Positions 49,155 through 58,892 of a DNA stretch of 64,000 nt are shown one piece after another. How positions within the stretch are numbered: position 1 is the first letter of the stretch; every line of letters begins with the position of its first letter. This stretch comes from a virus, in the IMG/VR virus record IMGVR_UViG_3300021130_000224, positions 44,422 to 108,421 of that record; one strand, given 5' to 3'. Position numbers and translations under genes: made by a program. The notes below the pieces were generated by a model. That model saw only the letters and a program-made list of their open reading frames with translations. It had not been told where the DNA came from and searched no databases.

Positions 49155-49612
49155 TATTTATCGGTTTTAAATTTTTCCATAATTTCTTCTTTCTCATCAA
49201 CACAGTTGTCATGCCATGCATCTTCAAGCTGATCCTCAAGGTCTTTGCAATCATCTATTTTTAAATCAGGAAACAAACTTTTCTGCTCTTCTACACTAAG
49301 ATCAAAAAACCAATCATTTACTGGTCCTTCATTAGATATAACATATTCTTCACTATCATCCATCCAACTTTCTTCGGTAATTAAATATCCTAAACGATTT
49401 ACCCAGTGATAACCTGCTGTTATACCATACCAACCACTACAATCAATAACTGTCCATACTTTATTTCCTTTTACTTGTTCAAGTACATACTCAAGTTCTT
49501 CACCATGTGTCTCAAACATACACCCATCAAAAGATGCATGCTTATCAAGGTGGTTTTTTACCAGTGTATACTTCTTTTCAAAGTCATCAATGATCATTTT
49601 TTTCTGTTCCAT
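49154..49612 (-). CDS. Hypothetical acidic protein
   Basis: FETHGEEL..V...VWTVID...GYHWVNRLGYLITE. Confidence 0.6.
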   Translation of the reverse strand: MEQKKMIIDDFEKKYTLVKNHLDKHASFDGCMFETHGEELEYVLEQVKGNKVWTVIDCSGWYGITAGYHWVNRLGYLITEESWMDDSEEYVISNEGPVNDWFFDLSVEEQKSLFPDLKIDDCKDLEDQLEDAWHDNCVDEKEEIMEKFKTDK

Positions 49613-49827
49613 TATGGATAAATTGTTTCTTCAATAAATATTCTCTCTGTTTCGTAGTTTTCAGAAAGTTTTTCTTCCAGCATATCTGCATAAGAACTAT
49701 CGTCTGGTTCATCTTGAGAATAAATTTCTTCCCATGTAGATTTTACAACATCTTCATCTGCTGTTGTATAAATTAATCCCATTGGTTCACCATCTGGATC
49801 TACAATTTGATACAATTTTTTACTCAT
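49612..49827 (-). CDS. Small acidic hypothetical protein
   Basis: Coupled ORF. Confidence 0.55.
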   Translation of the reverse strand: MSKKLYQIVDPDGEPMGLIYTTADEDVVKSTWEEIYSQDEPDDSSYADMLEEKLSENYETERIFIEETIYP

Positions 49828-50023
49828 TTTCTGTTGATTTTTTAATGTTATTAAGTTCTAATAGAAAAACCCTATAATCCTTGATAGTCATATAGGGTTC
49901 TTCTTTTATTAGTTTATCTAACTGTTTCTCCGGAAGATGTTCTAATCCTTCCAAGGTAATTGCAACTCCTCTGCACTTTTCAGTGGTTCCTTGTTTGTGT
50001 TCAATAATTTTGGTTTTTCGCAT
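49820..50023 (-). CDS. Hypothetical protein
   Basis: Overlaps the UDG 3' end by about 80 nt and fills the gap. Confidence 0.4.
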   Translation of the reverse strand: MRKTKIIEHKQGTTEKCRGVAITLEGLEHLPEKQLDKLIKEEPYMTIKDYRVFLLELNNIKKSTENE

Positions 50024-50787
50024 TGTGTTTTACATTCTTCTACAGTTCTGTACCAACGGATAACATAATCTGCACCATTATTGGCTGATAAAATATTGTT
50101 AATCCATTTAAATACACTTTGATGATCCCATACTCTATTGCTGTAACTGGCAGCTACCGGGTGCTCAATCTTTTTTACATAGTGTAACATTGGATTGATA
50201 AACTTTTCCAGCTTCTGTGCTTGTGCACCACACAATACTATAGGTAAACCTTTATAGTAATTACTCACTATTTCCTCAATAAAGAATTTCATAAAAGGTG
50301 TCCATAATTCGACATGTGAGCCAGGTTTATTTAACTCACAAGTTAAACAACTGTTTAATAATAGTACACCTTCTTCAGTAAGCAGGAAATCAATATCACC
50401 GCTTCTATCCATATCTGGGATAAAACCTATAACTGATTCACCTGTACCGCCACAATCTTCTTCTATGCCACCATACCACTGTTCCAGTGTTGGTTGTAAT
50501 CTGCTCTTACCTTTACAAGACATTGGTACACCATCTGCTATAATTTCTCCTTCTTTTGTAGTAGAAGGATACGGATCCATGAGTATGATTACAGCTTTCA
50601 CTTTATGTCTATCACATAACTCAAAAGACTTAAACACGTCCGATGACTTTGGGATAACTATCCTCTTGTTCATGCTCAAGGTCTTCAACGTAGTAAAGAT
50701 TTTATCCCATTGTTCTGATTGAATAAATGGTGTAAAAAGTTCAACCCAAGAACCCATTTGTGACCGAATCTTATCTGTTACTTGCAT
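49942..50787 (-). CDS. ung: Uracil-DNA glycosylase (family 1-like)
   Basis: VKAVIILMDPYP, ADG, GVLLLNSCLT, PGSH..LW, EHP.AASY. Confidence 0.85.
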   Translation of the reverse strand: MQVTDKIRSQMGSWVELFTPFIQSEQWDKIFTTLKTLSMNKRIVIPKSSDVFKSFELCDRHKVKAVIILMDPYPSTTKEGEIIADGVPMSCKGKSRLQPTLEQWYGGIEEDCGGTGESVIGFIPDMDRSGDIDFLLTEEGVLLLNSCLTCELNKPGSHVELWTPFMKFFIEEIVSNYYKGLPIVLCGAQAQKLEKFINPMLHYVKKIEHPVAASYSNRVWDHQSVFKWINNILSANNGADYVIRWYRTVEECKTQCEKPKLLNTNKEPLKSAEELQLPWKD

Positions 50788-50902
50788 AATATTTATAATT
50801 TATCTACACATTTGTTTTCATTAGTAATCAGACAATTTACCTTATCTACTATAGGTTGTATCTGAACTACGAGCTCCCGGGTATTCTGCTTTGTTTTAAA
50901 TA

Positions 50903-50931
50903 AAATAGGGGAACAATTAATTCCCCTATTT
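50903..50931 (-). terminator. Intrinsic terminator
   Basis: Stem AAATAGGGGAA/TTCCCCTATTT downstream of the DUF932-like gene. Confidence 0.65.
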
Positions 50932-50946
50932 ATAAGTTAATAATAA

Positions 50947-51989
50947 TTATACTGTTTCTGCTATACCATATTCCTGTGTAAAGAATTGGTGGTTATCAAT
51001 TTGCTGCTGTAACCAAAATGTAGGATTTGCACTCTTAAGCGAGAAAGTTGTATAATTATACAACTCCCACAAACTATCAGGATGACCATAATTAAAAGTA
51101 GGAGTTTTTAACTCATTCTTAATTATATTCAACTGTGTACTGGTAATGATACCTTCTTCAATATACATCCTTCCCAATAGCTCTGCAGTAGTCTTCTTGC
51201 TTACTTCTATCTCCATCATCCTCTTCTTCTCTATAACCATCTTCTCAAAAGTCTCTCCTGCATTGCAGATATACTCAGTAAGGATTTTAGGTGTTACAAC
51301 CTGTATATCTCCCTGATGTTTGCTTTTAAATGCACCAATATCCCCTTTCACCATTCCATTTTCGCAACTTTAGTTTCCTTATGTTCGTTATTCATAAGGC
51401 ATTGTGGTTTACACAATAGCTTAATATTTCTATTAAGATCGGACTATATCACGATCCATTTCTGGATCCCCTGCATTTCCACTTCACTTGAAGCGTACTC
51501 TACTCCTTTCCAACATATTTCAGTTGTAGTTTCGATAGTCTCTGAACCTTCCTTGTTATTGTACAAGGCTTGGATGCTGATTGCCATATCTCTCGATTTA
51601 GGTTTCCAGCAATTAACAGGGTTATTCAATATACATTACTGTATAAGGTCACTTGCAAATCAAATGAAAACGTGGCCCCCAATTGCAAACTTCATACTCA
51701 ATGTCTTATTATAGCTATTCTGCCATGCTATCATTATTGACATATCTGGATCATTGCCGTAATCAAGATGGTATTTACCATTAGCTTTCATACCACCTGC
51801 ATTTTGGGTATAATGCTCACTTCTTAATAAGAATCCACACTTATCTATGCTCTCTAATGTCAAGTCCATTAGTTGACTATGTGAGATTGGTTTATAGTAG
51901 CTCGTTATTGCAGGTACTGGTACTGCTTTTAAAAACTCCTTAGTTGATTGTACATCAGCTATTGCATTTATTGCTATATTGTTTTCCAT
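50947..51989 (-). CDS. DUF932/DUF945-like protein split by a group I intron (exons 51989-51664 and 51367-50947, 248 aa spliced)
   Basis: Splicing restores NSYNK...G.HVF-I-CENGM, the V.xCxNG motif of this family. C-terminal SLWELYN..T. Confidence 0.8.
51368..51663 (-). ncRNA. ORF-less group I intron (296 nt)
   Basis: P AATTGCTGGAAA, Q AATCAGCATCC, R TCAGAGACTA, S GATATAGTCC. P1 has a U.G pair at the 5' splice site, terminal G is at 51368, and the exons rejoin in frame. Confidence 0.9.
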
Positions 51990-52001
51990 ACTTTTTATTT
52001 A

Positions 52002-52223
52002 TTAAAATGAACTAATTACGCAGATACGTCCTTCAGAATCTGCTCCCAACTTCTCCATTGCCCATTTAATGGCTTCTTCTTTAGTTTTGAATGTTGCTAA
52101 ATTTGTCCATTCACCACTATCTATTCTACCTACATGAGGAATATCTACTGCAAACTTATCTTCACTATCTTCCTCAAATATTTCCATATTCTCATTGTGC
52201 TTATCATCTCCGTAAAAACTCAT
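52002..52223 (-). CDS. Small acidic hypothetical protein
   Basis: ORF in the early-gene array. Confidence 0.55.
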   Translation of the reverse strand: MSFYGDDKHNENMEIFEEDSEDKFAVDIPHVGRIDSGEWTNLATFKTKEEAIKWAMEKLGADSEGRICVISSF

Positions 52224-52573
52224 AGGTCATCATCATTTTCTTCAGGAATTTCCCAATCATCGGGCAACCTTCTTTCTATATAGTAATCAAGTGTATCCCA
52301 GGTAATACCATAGTTACAATCATGATTATCTATCATCTCCTCAAGGTCAGCTTGTGCATCATCTTCCTTGTAATCAGTAAAACCGAATCTTTCTTGAGCC
52401 CTTGTAATAAAGTCCTCTGCAGACCAACAAACGCACCCCTTAAACTTCTGCTCGTACTCATCAATAATTATTTGAATGTCTTTCATAAAAAGACAGACTG
52501 ATGTAGGATCAGGTAATTCTTCTGTAAAACGAACATAAATTTCATCTATTCTCTCTTTCAAATCACTGTACAT
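52220..52573 (-). CDS. Acidic hypothetical protein
   Basis: WSAED...HDCNYGITWDTL motif. Confidence 0.6.
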   Translation of the reverse strand: MYSDLKERIDEIYVRFTEELPDPTSVCLFMKDIQIIIDEYEQKFKGCVCWSAEDFITRAQERFGFTDYKEDDAQADLEEMIDNHDCNYGITWDTLDYYIERRLPDDWEIPEENDDDL

Positions 52574-52826
52574 CTTCTGTTTCCTCCTCTTGATTTATAT
52601 CGTCAAACCATACAGCCATTGTTCCTAAATGCTGCTCACATGTTTTTGCATCCCAGGCATCAATGGCTAAACCAAGACCATCATCTGATTGTGCAATGCA
52701 GATATCAACGCCGGTATTCTTGTCCCCTACTCTAATCCAGACTCTACCATCTTTATTCTCTATGTTAACGACTTTATTCTTCTCATCGTTAACTGTTACT
52801 CTTATCGGTAAAAACTTTCCCATCAC
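52563..52826 (-). CDS. Hypothetical protein
   Basis: Overlapping, coupled ORF. Confidence 0.55.
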   Translation of the reverse strand: MMGKFLPIRVTVNDEKNKVVNIENKDGRVWIRVGDKNTGVDICIAQSDDGLGLAIDAWDAKTCEQHLGTMAVWFDDINQEEETEDVQ

Positions 52827-53056
52827 AATTTTGTTTGAATTATTTCAGGACCTTGATCAGATGTAGCAAATTCAAAGTCTATTTCAAATTCCTGTTTTGT
52901 TTTCTGGTTTGCTACTTTCCAGAACCAATCATTACCATGTGCTTGTAAACGTGAAAAAGCCTGTTGTACAGCAGCTATCATTTTCTCTTCTTCTGAAGAA
53001 AAATTATCATCATCAACTTCTTCAGTGATACTCCAAGTAATATCATACGTTGCCAT
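52823..53056 (-). CDS. Hypothetical protein
   Basis: Coupled ORF. Confidence 0.55.
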   Translation of the reverse strand: MATYDITWSITEEVDDDNFSSEEEKMIAAVQQAFSRLQAHGNDWFWKVANQKTKQEFEIDFEFATSDQGPEIIQTKL

Positions 53057-53058
53057 AA

Positions 53059-53241
53059 CTATTCGTTTTCTGTGTGAGCTTCTCTATATTCTATAAGTAA
53101 TTGTCTTTTAGCTTCTTCTAAAGTATATGTTTCAATTACTTTCCACCAACCACCACCTCTTTCAGCATCTTGGGGAGTGCTGTAAACAATTACTTGATTC
53201 ATGTACCTGTTGTATCCAAGGTTATACTTCTTCTTTTCCAT
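53059..53241 (-). CDS. Hypothetical protein
   Basis: Start more plausibly at MEKKKY (53241, coupled to the upstream stop) than at 53292. Confidence 0.5.
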   Translation of the reverse strand: MEKKKYNLGYNRYMNQVIVYSTPQDAERGGGWWKVIETYTLEEAKRQLLIEYREAHTENE

Positions 53242-53468
53242 TATAGGGTTGGTTTTAAATAAGTTATTAATGTTTGATCGTCCATATCCCACTCTTTTTT
53301 GTTAAGATAAAAGAATATCTGTTCATCAAGATGTACTGCATCATCTCTTACTTCCTCCATGTCAAGAAATTGATCTTGCAATGCAGTTGGAGCAAATGTT
53401 ACAATTCCTTCCGGTTCTCCCATATCCAACTCTCTAGTAGGATATTCTATACCTCTATATTTTATCAT
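53241..53468 (-). CDS. Hypothetical protein
   Basis: ATGA overlap with the primase stop. Confidence 0.55.
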   Translation of the reverse strand: MIKYRGIEYPTRELDMGEPEGIVTFAPTALQDQFLDMEEVRDDAVHLDEQIFFYLNKKEWDMDDQTLITYLKPTL

Positions 53469-54445
53469 AAAAGTCCTTTTTCTTTTAATGAATTAATTAC
53501 TGCTTCTTCACCATGAGCACGAAATAAATCTGCGAAGTCCTTAATACCTTCTTCTAAATACACTTTAGGTACATTAATATACCTGTAACCAAACTCTGTT
53601 GTTATTCTTATGCAATTCTTTACACCCGCTTCATCACTATCATAATTGATCCAGACAATTCTGTCCTTCAATTTTTCTACAAACCCTGGTGTAAAGCATG
53701 ATCTCGTTTCGTTTTGTACATTAAGTACATAAGGAAAATACTTTGATAAAACCAAACGGTCCTTTTTGCTTTTTGTCAAAAGAACTACTGAAGGATTGTA
53801 TTCATCAAGAATTTTTATATTCTCCACTTTTGTCAATGGTATATTGCTAAACCATCTTTCACCTTTAGGTCTATTAGGAAAGTATATCTTAAATCCTTCT
53901 TCATATCGGTAAGCATAAAAAAGTTCATCTTTATCAGTACGTACTTTTTTACGGTTAATAAATACCTCCTTTAATGGGTATACTTCCTCAGCTTTTAATT
54001 GCTCTTTACTGATACCAAACTGTGTCCAATAAGCAGCATCATCTTTTTTCCAGGCTCTTGTACTTACCTGGATAAATGAGTGTCTTTTTTGGTCTATAAA
54101 TGGCTTAGTGTACTGAGATGTTATTCTTGCCGACTCATCCTTCCCTTCAGCTATGCCAAAATCCTTGGCAATCTTTTGTGTTGCTTTCTTTGTATCAAGG
54201 TTAAACAACTGCTGTACAAGATCAATACAATCACCTCTATACCGGTCATCTGCAAAGTCATTATGTTGCAGTTTACCATTTTTCATATAGATACTAAAAG
54301 AAGGATTATTATCTTTACGAAACGGACTCTTTCTTACTTGTCCAATAGTAAAATCACCAATGTAATATTTGTAAACATCATAATCAGAAATTCTACTAAA
54401 TAGAAACTCCTTGCTGATCAACTCCTCTTTCTTTGCTAATTCCAT
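53465..54445 (-). CDS. DNA primase (DnaG/TOPRIM, crAss-type)
   Basis: Degenerate Zn-ribbon SPFRKDNNPSF..DF...GDCIDLV, TKSKKD, YDSDEAG, KDFAD. Probable start is MELAKK. Confidence 0.85.
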   Translation of the reverse strand: MELAKKEELISKEFLFSRISDYDVYKYYIGDFTIGQVRKSPFRKDNNPSFSIYMKNGKLQHNDFADDRYRGDCIDLVQQLFNLDTKKATQKIAKDFGIAEGKDESARITSQYTKPFIDQKRHSFIQVSTRAWKKDDAAYWTQFGISKEQLKAEEVYPLKEVFINRKKVRTDKDELFYAYRYEEGFKIYFPNRPKGERWFSNIPLTKVENIKILDEYNPSVVLLTKSKKDRLVLSKYFPYVLNVQNETRSCFTPGFVEKLKDRIVWINYDSDEAGVKNCIRITTEFGYRYINVPKVYLEEGIKDFADLFRAHGEEAVINSLKEKGLL

Positions 54446-54668
54446 CTTCCGGTTTTTTATACTGTGCAATTAGATAAAGATAAGTTTCCTTTAAATTAAA
54501 GAACTCATTTGCCCAAAAACCTTTTACTTCTTTCTTAACTTCACCTGAACTATCAGCAACTATGTCATACAGGTCTTCATCTGTAGTATTAGCTGTTTCT
54601 TCTTTCCATGCTTCTTCTGCAAGAATTGTGCTCAAACCATCAACATCTATTTCATGATATACTTTCAT
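54396..54668 (-). CDS. Hypothetical protein
   Basis: Coupled ORF. Confidence 0.55.
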   Translation of the reverse strand: MKVYHEIDVDGLSTILAEEAWKEETANTTDEDLYDIVADSSGEVKKEVKGFWANEFFNLKETYLYLIAQYKKPEDGISKERGVDQQGVSI

Positions 54669-55105
54669 TAACCGTTATTTTTTAGTGATTGTAAATATCC
54701 ACCAATAGCCATTTCATAGATTCTTCGATGGGTTTCTTCATAGTGCTCTTTTGCTGTTACCATATTCTCATTACATTCATTGACAAAATAATTATGAGCA
54801 TCACTTTCTGACTCTGCTTCTTCGTCAATTATTTTTTGTAAATCATTAGCAAGAGCAATCAAATCACTATTGTAATAGTTAGGAAAATAAGCAGTTACAA
54901 AATCCCATACTGTTTTAATATCTTCTTTTGCAGATATCTCTCTTATTTTTCTGACATAAATACCTGAATCATCAACCCAACCCATTTCACCAAGAATAAG
55001 ACTCTCTATACTTTCCTCATACTCATTTTCTTCTCCTACATCTATGCCTTTTGATCTACGGAGTTTATCCTCATCAACTTCTACTTCAATCAGATATTTT
55101 ACCAT
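54668..55105 (-). CDS. Acidic hypothetical protein
   Basis: ORF in operon context. Confidence 0.6.
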   Translation of the reverse strand: MVKYLIEVEVDEDKLRRSKGIDVGEENEYEESIESLILGEMGWVDDSGIYVRKIREISAKEDIKTVWDFVTAYFPNYYNSDLIALANDLQKIIDEEAESESDAHNYFVNECNENMVTAKEHYEETHRRIYEMAIGGYLQSLKNNG

Positions 55106-55259
55106 CTTCTTCTACATTTAAGTACTTGTCCAATATTGGCCAGAGGTCATCAAGTTTGATGCCATCTTCACAACCTAGTAGCTCATTATCCCATACAGAA
55201 ACAGAGGCCCAGGTTATTTCCCGAGCCATCTGATCATATTGTTCTTTTGTTAGCTGCAT
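55086..55259 (-). CDS. Small hypothetical protein (57 aa, not in ORF track)
   Basis: MQLTKEQYDQMAREITW...KISD* fills the gap between its neighbours. Confidence 0.5.
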   Translation of the reverse strand: MQLTKEQYDQMAREITWASVSVWDNELLGCEDGIKLDDLWPILDKYLNVEEDGKISD

Positions 55260-55260
55260 A

Positions 55261-55845
55261 TTATGCCTGTTGGATCTTCTGCATGTACTTAACTACCATG
55301 GCTGCATGTTCTTTTTGGAACTCTACCATGATGTCACGGTTACCTTTAGTCATAGAGCCCGGTATTTCTGGCAGGACTACTGCATCCAGCATCCTGGCCA
55401 TCTCGATCTTTTCCTGCATTACCTTGATGAAGTCATCAGTGCTTTGAGGTTTGAACACAGGTGATTTACCATCTGTCATTCTACGTTGATAATTCTTCTT
55501 TTTAACAGGTTCTGGATTAAGAAAAGTTCCTGCCATTACTGTACTTACTTCTGTTGCTTCAGGTGTTACCTGATCTAGGTTGTTTGGGAACTGGTTGTTC
55601 TGATTTTGGTTTTCCATACTTATGTAATTGTTGATATTTTCTATAATAAACTCTCTTTCATCCTGCGTACACAATTGTTCGTCAAGAAGATATTGGTCTA
55701 TCTCAGTTATGTTTTTACCTTGATTGTACATGTTTACAACATTAGATAATACTTCAGGTGTAACATCATCACCATACATCACAACATCTCCTGTTTCTTC
55801 TTCTATTATTGAATTGTCACCAAGGATATATATTAACTTTTTCAT
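55261..55845 (-). CDS. Hypothetical protein
   Basis: 194-aa ORF. Confidence 0.6.
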   Translation of the reverse strand: MKKLIYILGDNSIIEEETGDVVMYGDDVTPEVLSNVVNMYNQGKNITEIDQYLLDEQLCTQDEREFIIENINNYISMENQNQNNQFPNNLDQVTPEATEVSTVMAGTFLNPEPVKKKNYQRRMTDGKSPVFKPQSTDDFIKVMQEKIEMARMLDAVVLPEIPGSMTKGNRDIMVEFQKEHAAMVVKYMQKIQQA

Positions 55846-55860
55846 TTCTTTTAATTTAAA

Positions 55861-55888
55861 ATAGGAGAGGCTTTTACACCTCTCCTAT
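55861..55888 (-). terminator. Intrinsic terminator
   Basis: Stem ATAGGAGAGG/CCTCTCCTAT with a T-rich tail on the - strand. Confidence 0.65.
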
Positions 55889-55907
55889 GTGTTGTGAACT
55901 CTGGGAT

Positions 55908-56825
55908 TTAGAAATCTATATCATCAGCAGTTGTAGTAGTATTAACTACTTCATTACTTGCTTGTTGATAGTTATTAGGATCAAATGGTTGCAACATTGT
56001 AAGTGTAAAAGCACCATCACAACCATGCTTACCTTCAAGCTGCTCTTTCCACTTCTTTAGACCTTTGTCCAGTTCCCAGTTATTTGTAGACAAAGCAAAA
56101 CTTACTTTCTTCATCTGCCACTGCCCCAAAAACTCACCATACAGATTTTGGTACATTTTGGTTTCACCATCTTTCTCAGAAATGTAGACATAAGCAAGAG
56201 CTACTACATTAGTTGTCATTGCATCATCACCTGCCCTCAACTGAGAACGAAACTCATTATCTACAAACTTGTCAAAGTTTCTGAACATCTTATTGATGTC
56301 TAACAGTATGTTAGTTCTTTCAGAGAAGAAACTTACTTTACCAAACCATGAGCGTAGGAAGTTATAAAGATTAGCTTCACCTTGTATTGCTTCACGTACT
56401 TTCCTCTTACCAGTAAGCTCACCATCATCATCTTTAGTAATAAGACTACCATTCTTATCACGGAAGTCTGTAAACCAACTAGGTAAATTCTCTTCACTAT
56501 CTACCCATGTAGAACCTGCTACCTGGTTTACCCACTGCTTCTTGCCACTACCCTCAGACACTACAGGTTTATTTACTAAACGGAAACGAGTGTTGAATTT
56601 CTGCTTTTCTGGAGTATCTGCTTCCAACCAAAAACTAAGGGTAACAAAATCGTCACCTTTCTCTGTCTTACCTTCATAAACCTGATCTTTTGCATCTTCC
56701 TTCAGGTCATAACCTAACATTTCTGCCATCTCTTCCTTTGTAGGATTAACAGCAATAACTCTCATGCTTGCAATACCGGTATATAGATCTTTCTTGCCGG
56801 TACCTGTACTCTTGTGTAATTCCAT
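55908..56825 (-). CDS. Putative crAss-type single-stranded DNA-binding protein
   Basis: LYTG...VIAVNPTKEE N-terminus, acidic/aromatic tail DDIDF, adjacent to the AAA ATPase. Confidence 0.65.
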   Translation of the reverse strand: MELHKSTGTGKKDLYTGIASMRVIAVNPTKEEMAEMLGYDLKEDAKDQVYEGKTEKGDDFVTLSFWLEADTPEKQKFNTRFRLVNKPVVSEGSGKKQWVNQVAGSTWVDSEENLPSWFTDFRDKNGSLITKDDDGELTGKRKVREAIQGEANLYNFLRSWFGKVSFFSERTNILLDINKMFRNFDKFVDNEFRSQLRAGDDAMTTNVVALAYVYISEKDGETKMYQNLYGEFLGQWQMKKVSFALSTNNWELDKGLKKWKEQLEGKHGCDGAFTLTMLQPFDPNNYQQASNEVVNTTTTADDIDF

Positions 56826-56861
56826 AACTTGTTTTTAATTGTTTTTGTTTCTAAAAATTGA

Positions 56862-57572
56862 TTAGACTGTATAATAAGATTTTGTACAGTCAAAAATGTA
56901 TTTACCATCATTGGGTATTTCTAAAAAGTTTTCACCATTTTTATCCGGGAACATGCCTTCAGGTACTTTTGTTGTAGTATCTTGTTCAAATGTTCGTAAG
57001 AAATACTGTGGTTTACCATCTTTTATTCTAGTACCCGTATAAAGAATTGTTGTAAAATGTTGCTCTAATTTTGACTCGAACTCCTTGCCGTGTACTGACA
57101 TCATTCTCTTTTTACCCTCACCTTCTACTTTTAACCATTCATCATGTGAGAACACAATGATATCCTTCTCAATATTCTTAAGGATCTCAATGTACTCATA
57201 CACTTGGCGATTGTAATTCCTGTAGATATCAAAGCCTGTAAAGTTTACAGACATTTCCTTATTAAGACTATTGAAAGCCATTGTTTGACTATCAATAATT
57301 ATTTGCGTAATGGTAGAATCTGCTCCATACTTTTCAAGATTAGCTTTGAATGATGACCAGTTCTTTGGCATACCCATATGCTTGAACGGTCCACCTTCTT
57401 TAAATGGAAGAGGTTTCCTCTCCATATTAATATACCCAGTAGTTTCTCTGTCTACTGTTTTAGCTAAATAACTTTTACCGGTACCACTTGGTCCAACAAT
57501 AGCTATTTTACTAAAAAATGTTCTGTTTAATGTAGATGCTTGTTTCTGCTCTACACCTTCTTTTGTACTCAT
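56862..57572 (-). CDS. AAA_24 / Sak4-like ATPase
   Basis: GPSGTGKS, IIIDS, FSH, KVPEGMF...IPND. Confidence 0.8.
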   Translation of the reverse strand: MSTKEGVEQKQASTLNRTFFSKIAIVGPSGTGKSYLAKTVDRETTGYINMERKPLPFKEGGPFKHMGMPKNWSSFKANLEKYGADSTITQIIIDSQTMAFNSLNKEMSVNFTGFDIYRNYNRQVYEYIEILKNIEKDIIVFSHDEWLKVEGEGKKRMMSVHGKEFESKLEQHFTTILYTGTRIKDGKPQYFLRTFEQDTTTKVPEGMFPDKNGENFLEIPNDGKYIFDCTKSYYTV

Positions 57573-57589
57573 ATGAATTGATTAATTGG

Positions 57590-57751
57590 TTACGGTTGTT
57601 CTGTACCTCTAAGTACACCTATTTGGTACTCAAGGCCATCATTTAACTGATTAAGTTTTTCATTTTCTGCTTCAAGTTCTTCTACCCTATCTTTAAGCCA
57701 TTCTATTGTATCAACAGCTTCACTTACTCTTCTCTCTTCTTTGTAATCCAT
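57590..57751 (-). CDS. Small coiled-coil protein (53 aa, not in ORF track)
   Basis: MDYKEERR...LKDRVEELEAENEKL...EQP*. Confidence 0.5.
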   Translation of the reverse strand: MDYKEERRVSEAVDTIEWLKDRVEELEAENEKLNQLNDGLEYQIGVLRGTEQP

Positions 57752-57770
57752 TTTGTTTTGTTTTTTATTG

Positions 57771-58892
57771 TTAGAGAAAATAAGCTCCTGATGTTACTTG
57801 TTCATATATAGTATCCTTAGTTTCTTTTATGCGAGGGAGTGTTGCAAATATTCCATACTCCGGATGCAATGCCATAGGAAACTGTACACCACTTGTACCA
57901 AAGGAGTTTTTTAAAATGTGTAATGATCTGTAGTAAGTTTTGAAATGTTCATCTCTAAAACCTTTTAGTGCATAACCATTTTCTTTATGCCCATCAAGGT
58001 CACCTACTATATGTCTGTACGGCTCAAATAAAGCAAGTACTACATCTGCATCATGTTGTGTCTGAGATGAATCAGCAAAGTCACTTAGTTTTGGAGCAAG
58101 ATCACCAAGTTTTAATCTTGTAACATCTGATAAACTTCTGTTTAACTGTTGTACAATAACTGGAGAGAAACCATAAACATCACGAGCTTCCCTCATTACT
58201 TTGCTGAACTTATCTATTTGACCTTTAGATTTATCTAAATCTTTCTCAGGTGAAAGTATACCAATATGGTCAACTATTACAAGGACAATATGATTAGGAT
58301 GATTTGGTACATACTGTCTACCTGCCAATATGTTTTCCATTGATTTGTCATTCTTATCCTTATCTATAATAGTTCCATGCTTTCTTGCAAACTGCTCAAG
58401 GTACATTGATATACCAGAAGGATTCTTACTACCTTCAAATGCAACAAGAAGATTATCCTTTTCCCATTCATCAAGTATTTTATAGTGTTCCTTTACCAGC
58501 ATATATTCCTGGTCGGTCATTTTAAAATTCTTATGCCTACTTAATACTTTCTTTGGAGGAATAGGAATGCCCTGTTCTGTAAATATCTTTCTTGCTAACC
58601 ACCTTGCACTATATTGGTACATTTTACGCTCCATGCCGAATAGGATAATAGACAATTTGATGTCATCATTCTTGTTCTTTAGATACCACTCAATAGGACG
58701 GATCATAAACATATCCTGGGCCAATGTAGATTTACCCGCAGAAGTCTCACCACCAACAACATAAGTAGTATTCTTGGCAATCTCAATATAATCACCAACT
58801 CTATTATACTCTACAGGTATAATACCAGCTTTGCCATTTCTGCCATTCTCAATCTCCTTATGTAATTGTTCTGATAAAGTCATATTATGCAC
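57771..58892 (-). CDS. DnaB-like replicative helicase
   Basis: GETSAGKST, FGME, VIVDHIG, QQLNR, DFADS..TQHDADVVLAL, LKN. Confidence 0.9.
   Translation of the reverse strand: MHNMTLSEQLHKEIENGRNGKAGIIPVEYNRVGDYIEIAKNTTYVVGGETSAGKSTLAQDMFMIRPIEWYLKNKNDDIKLSIILFGMERKMYQYSARWLARKIFTEQGIPIPPKKVLSRHKNFKMTDQEYMLVKEHYKILDEWEKDNLLVAFEGSKNPSGISMYLEQFARKHGTIIDKDKNDKSMENILAGRQYVPNHPNHIVLVIVDHIGILSPEKDLDKSKGQIDKFSKVMREARDVYGFSPVIVQQLNRSLSDVTRLKLGDLAPKLSDFADSSQTQHDADVVLALFEPYRHIVGDLDGHKENGYALKGFRDEHFKTYYRSLHILKNSFGTSGVQFPMALHPEYGIFATLPRIKETKDTIYEQVTSGAYFL

Noticed and set aside
51444-51629. 61-aa ORF (and the + strand ORF 51316-51714)
   Set aside because: Both run through the intron catalytic core and show no protein motif.
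50947-51989. Pseudogene or TGA read-through in the DUF932-like gene
   Set aside because: The TGA at 51660-51662 lies inside a well-formed group I intron.
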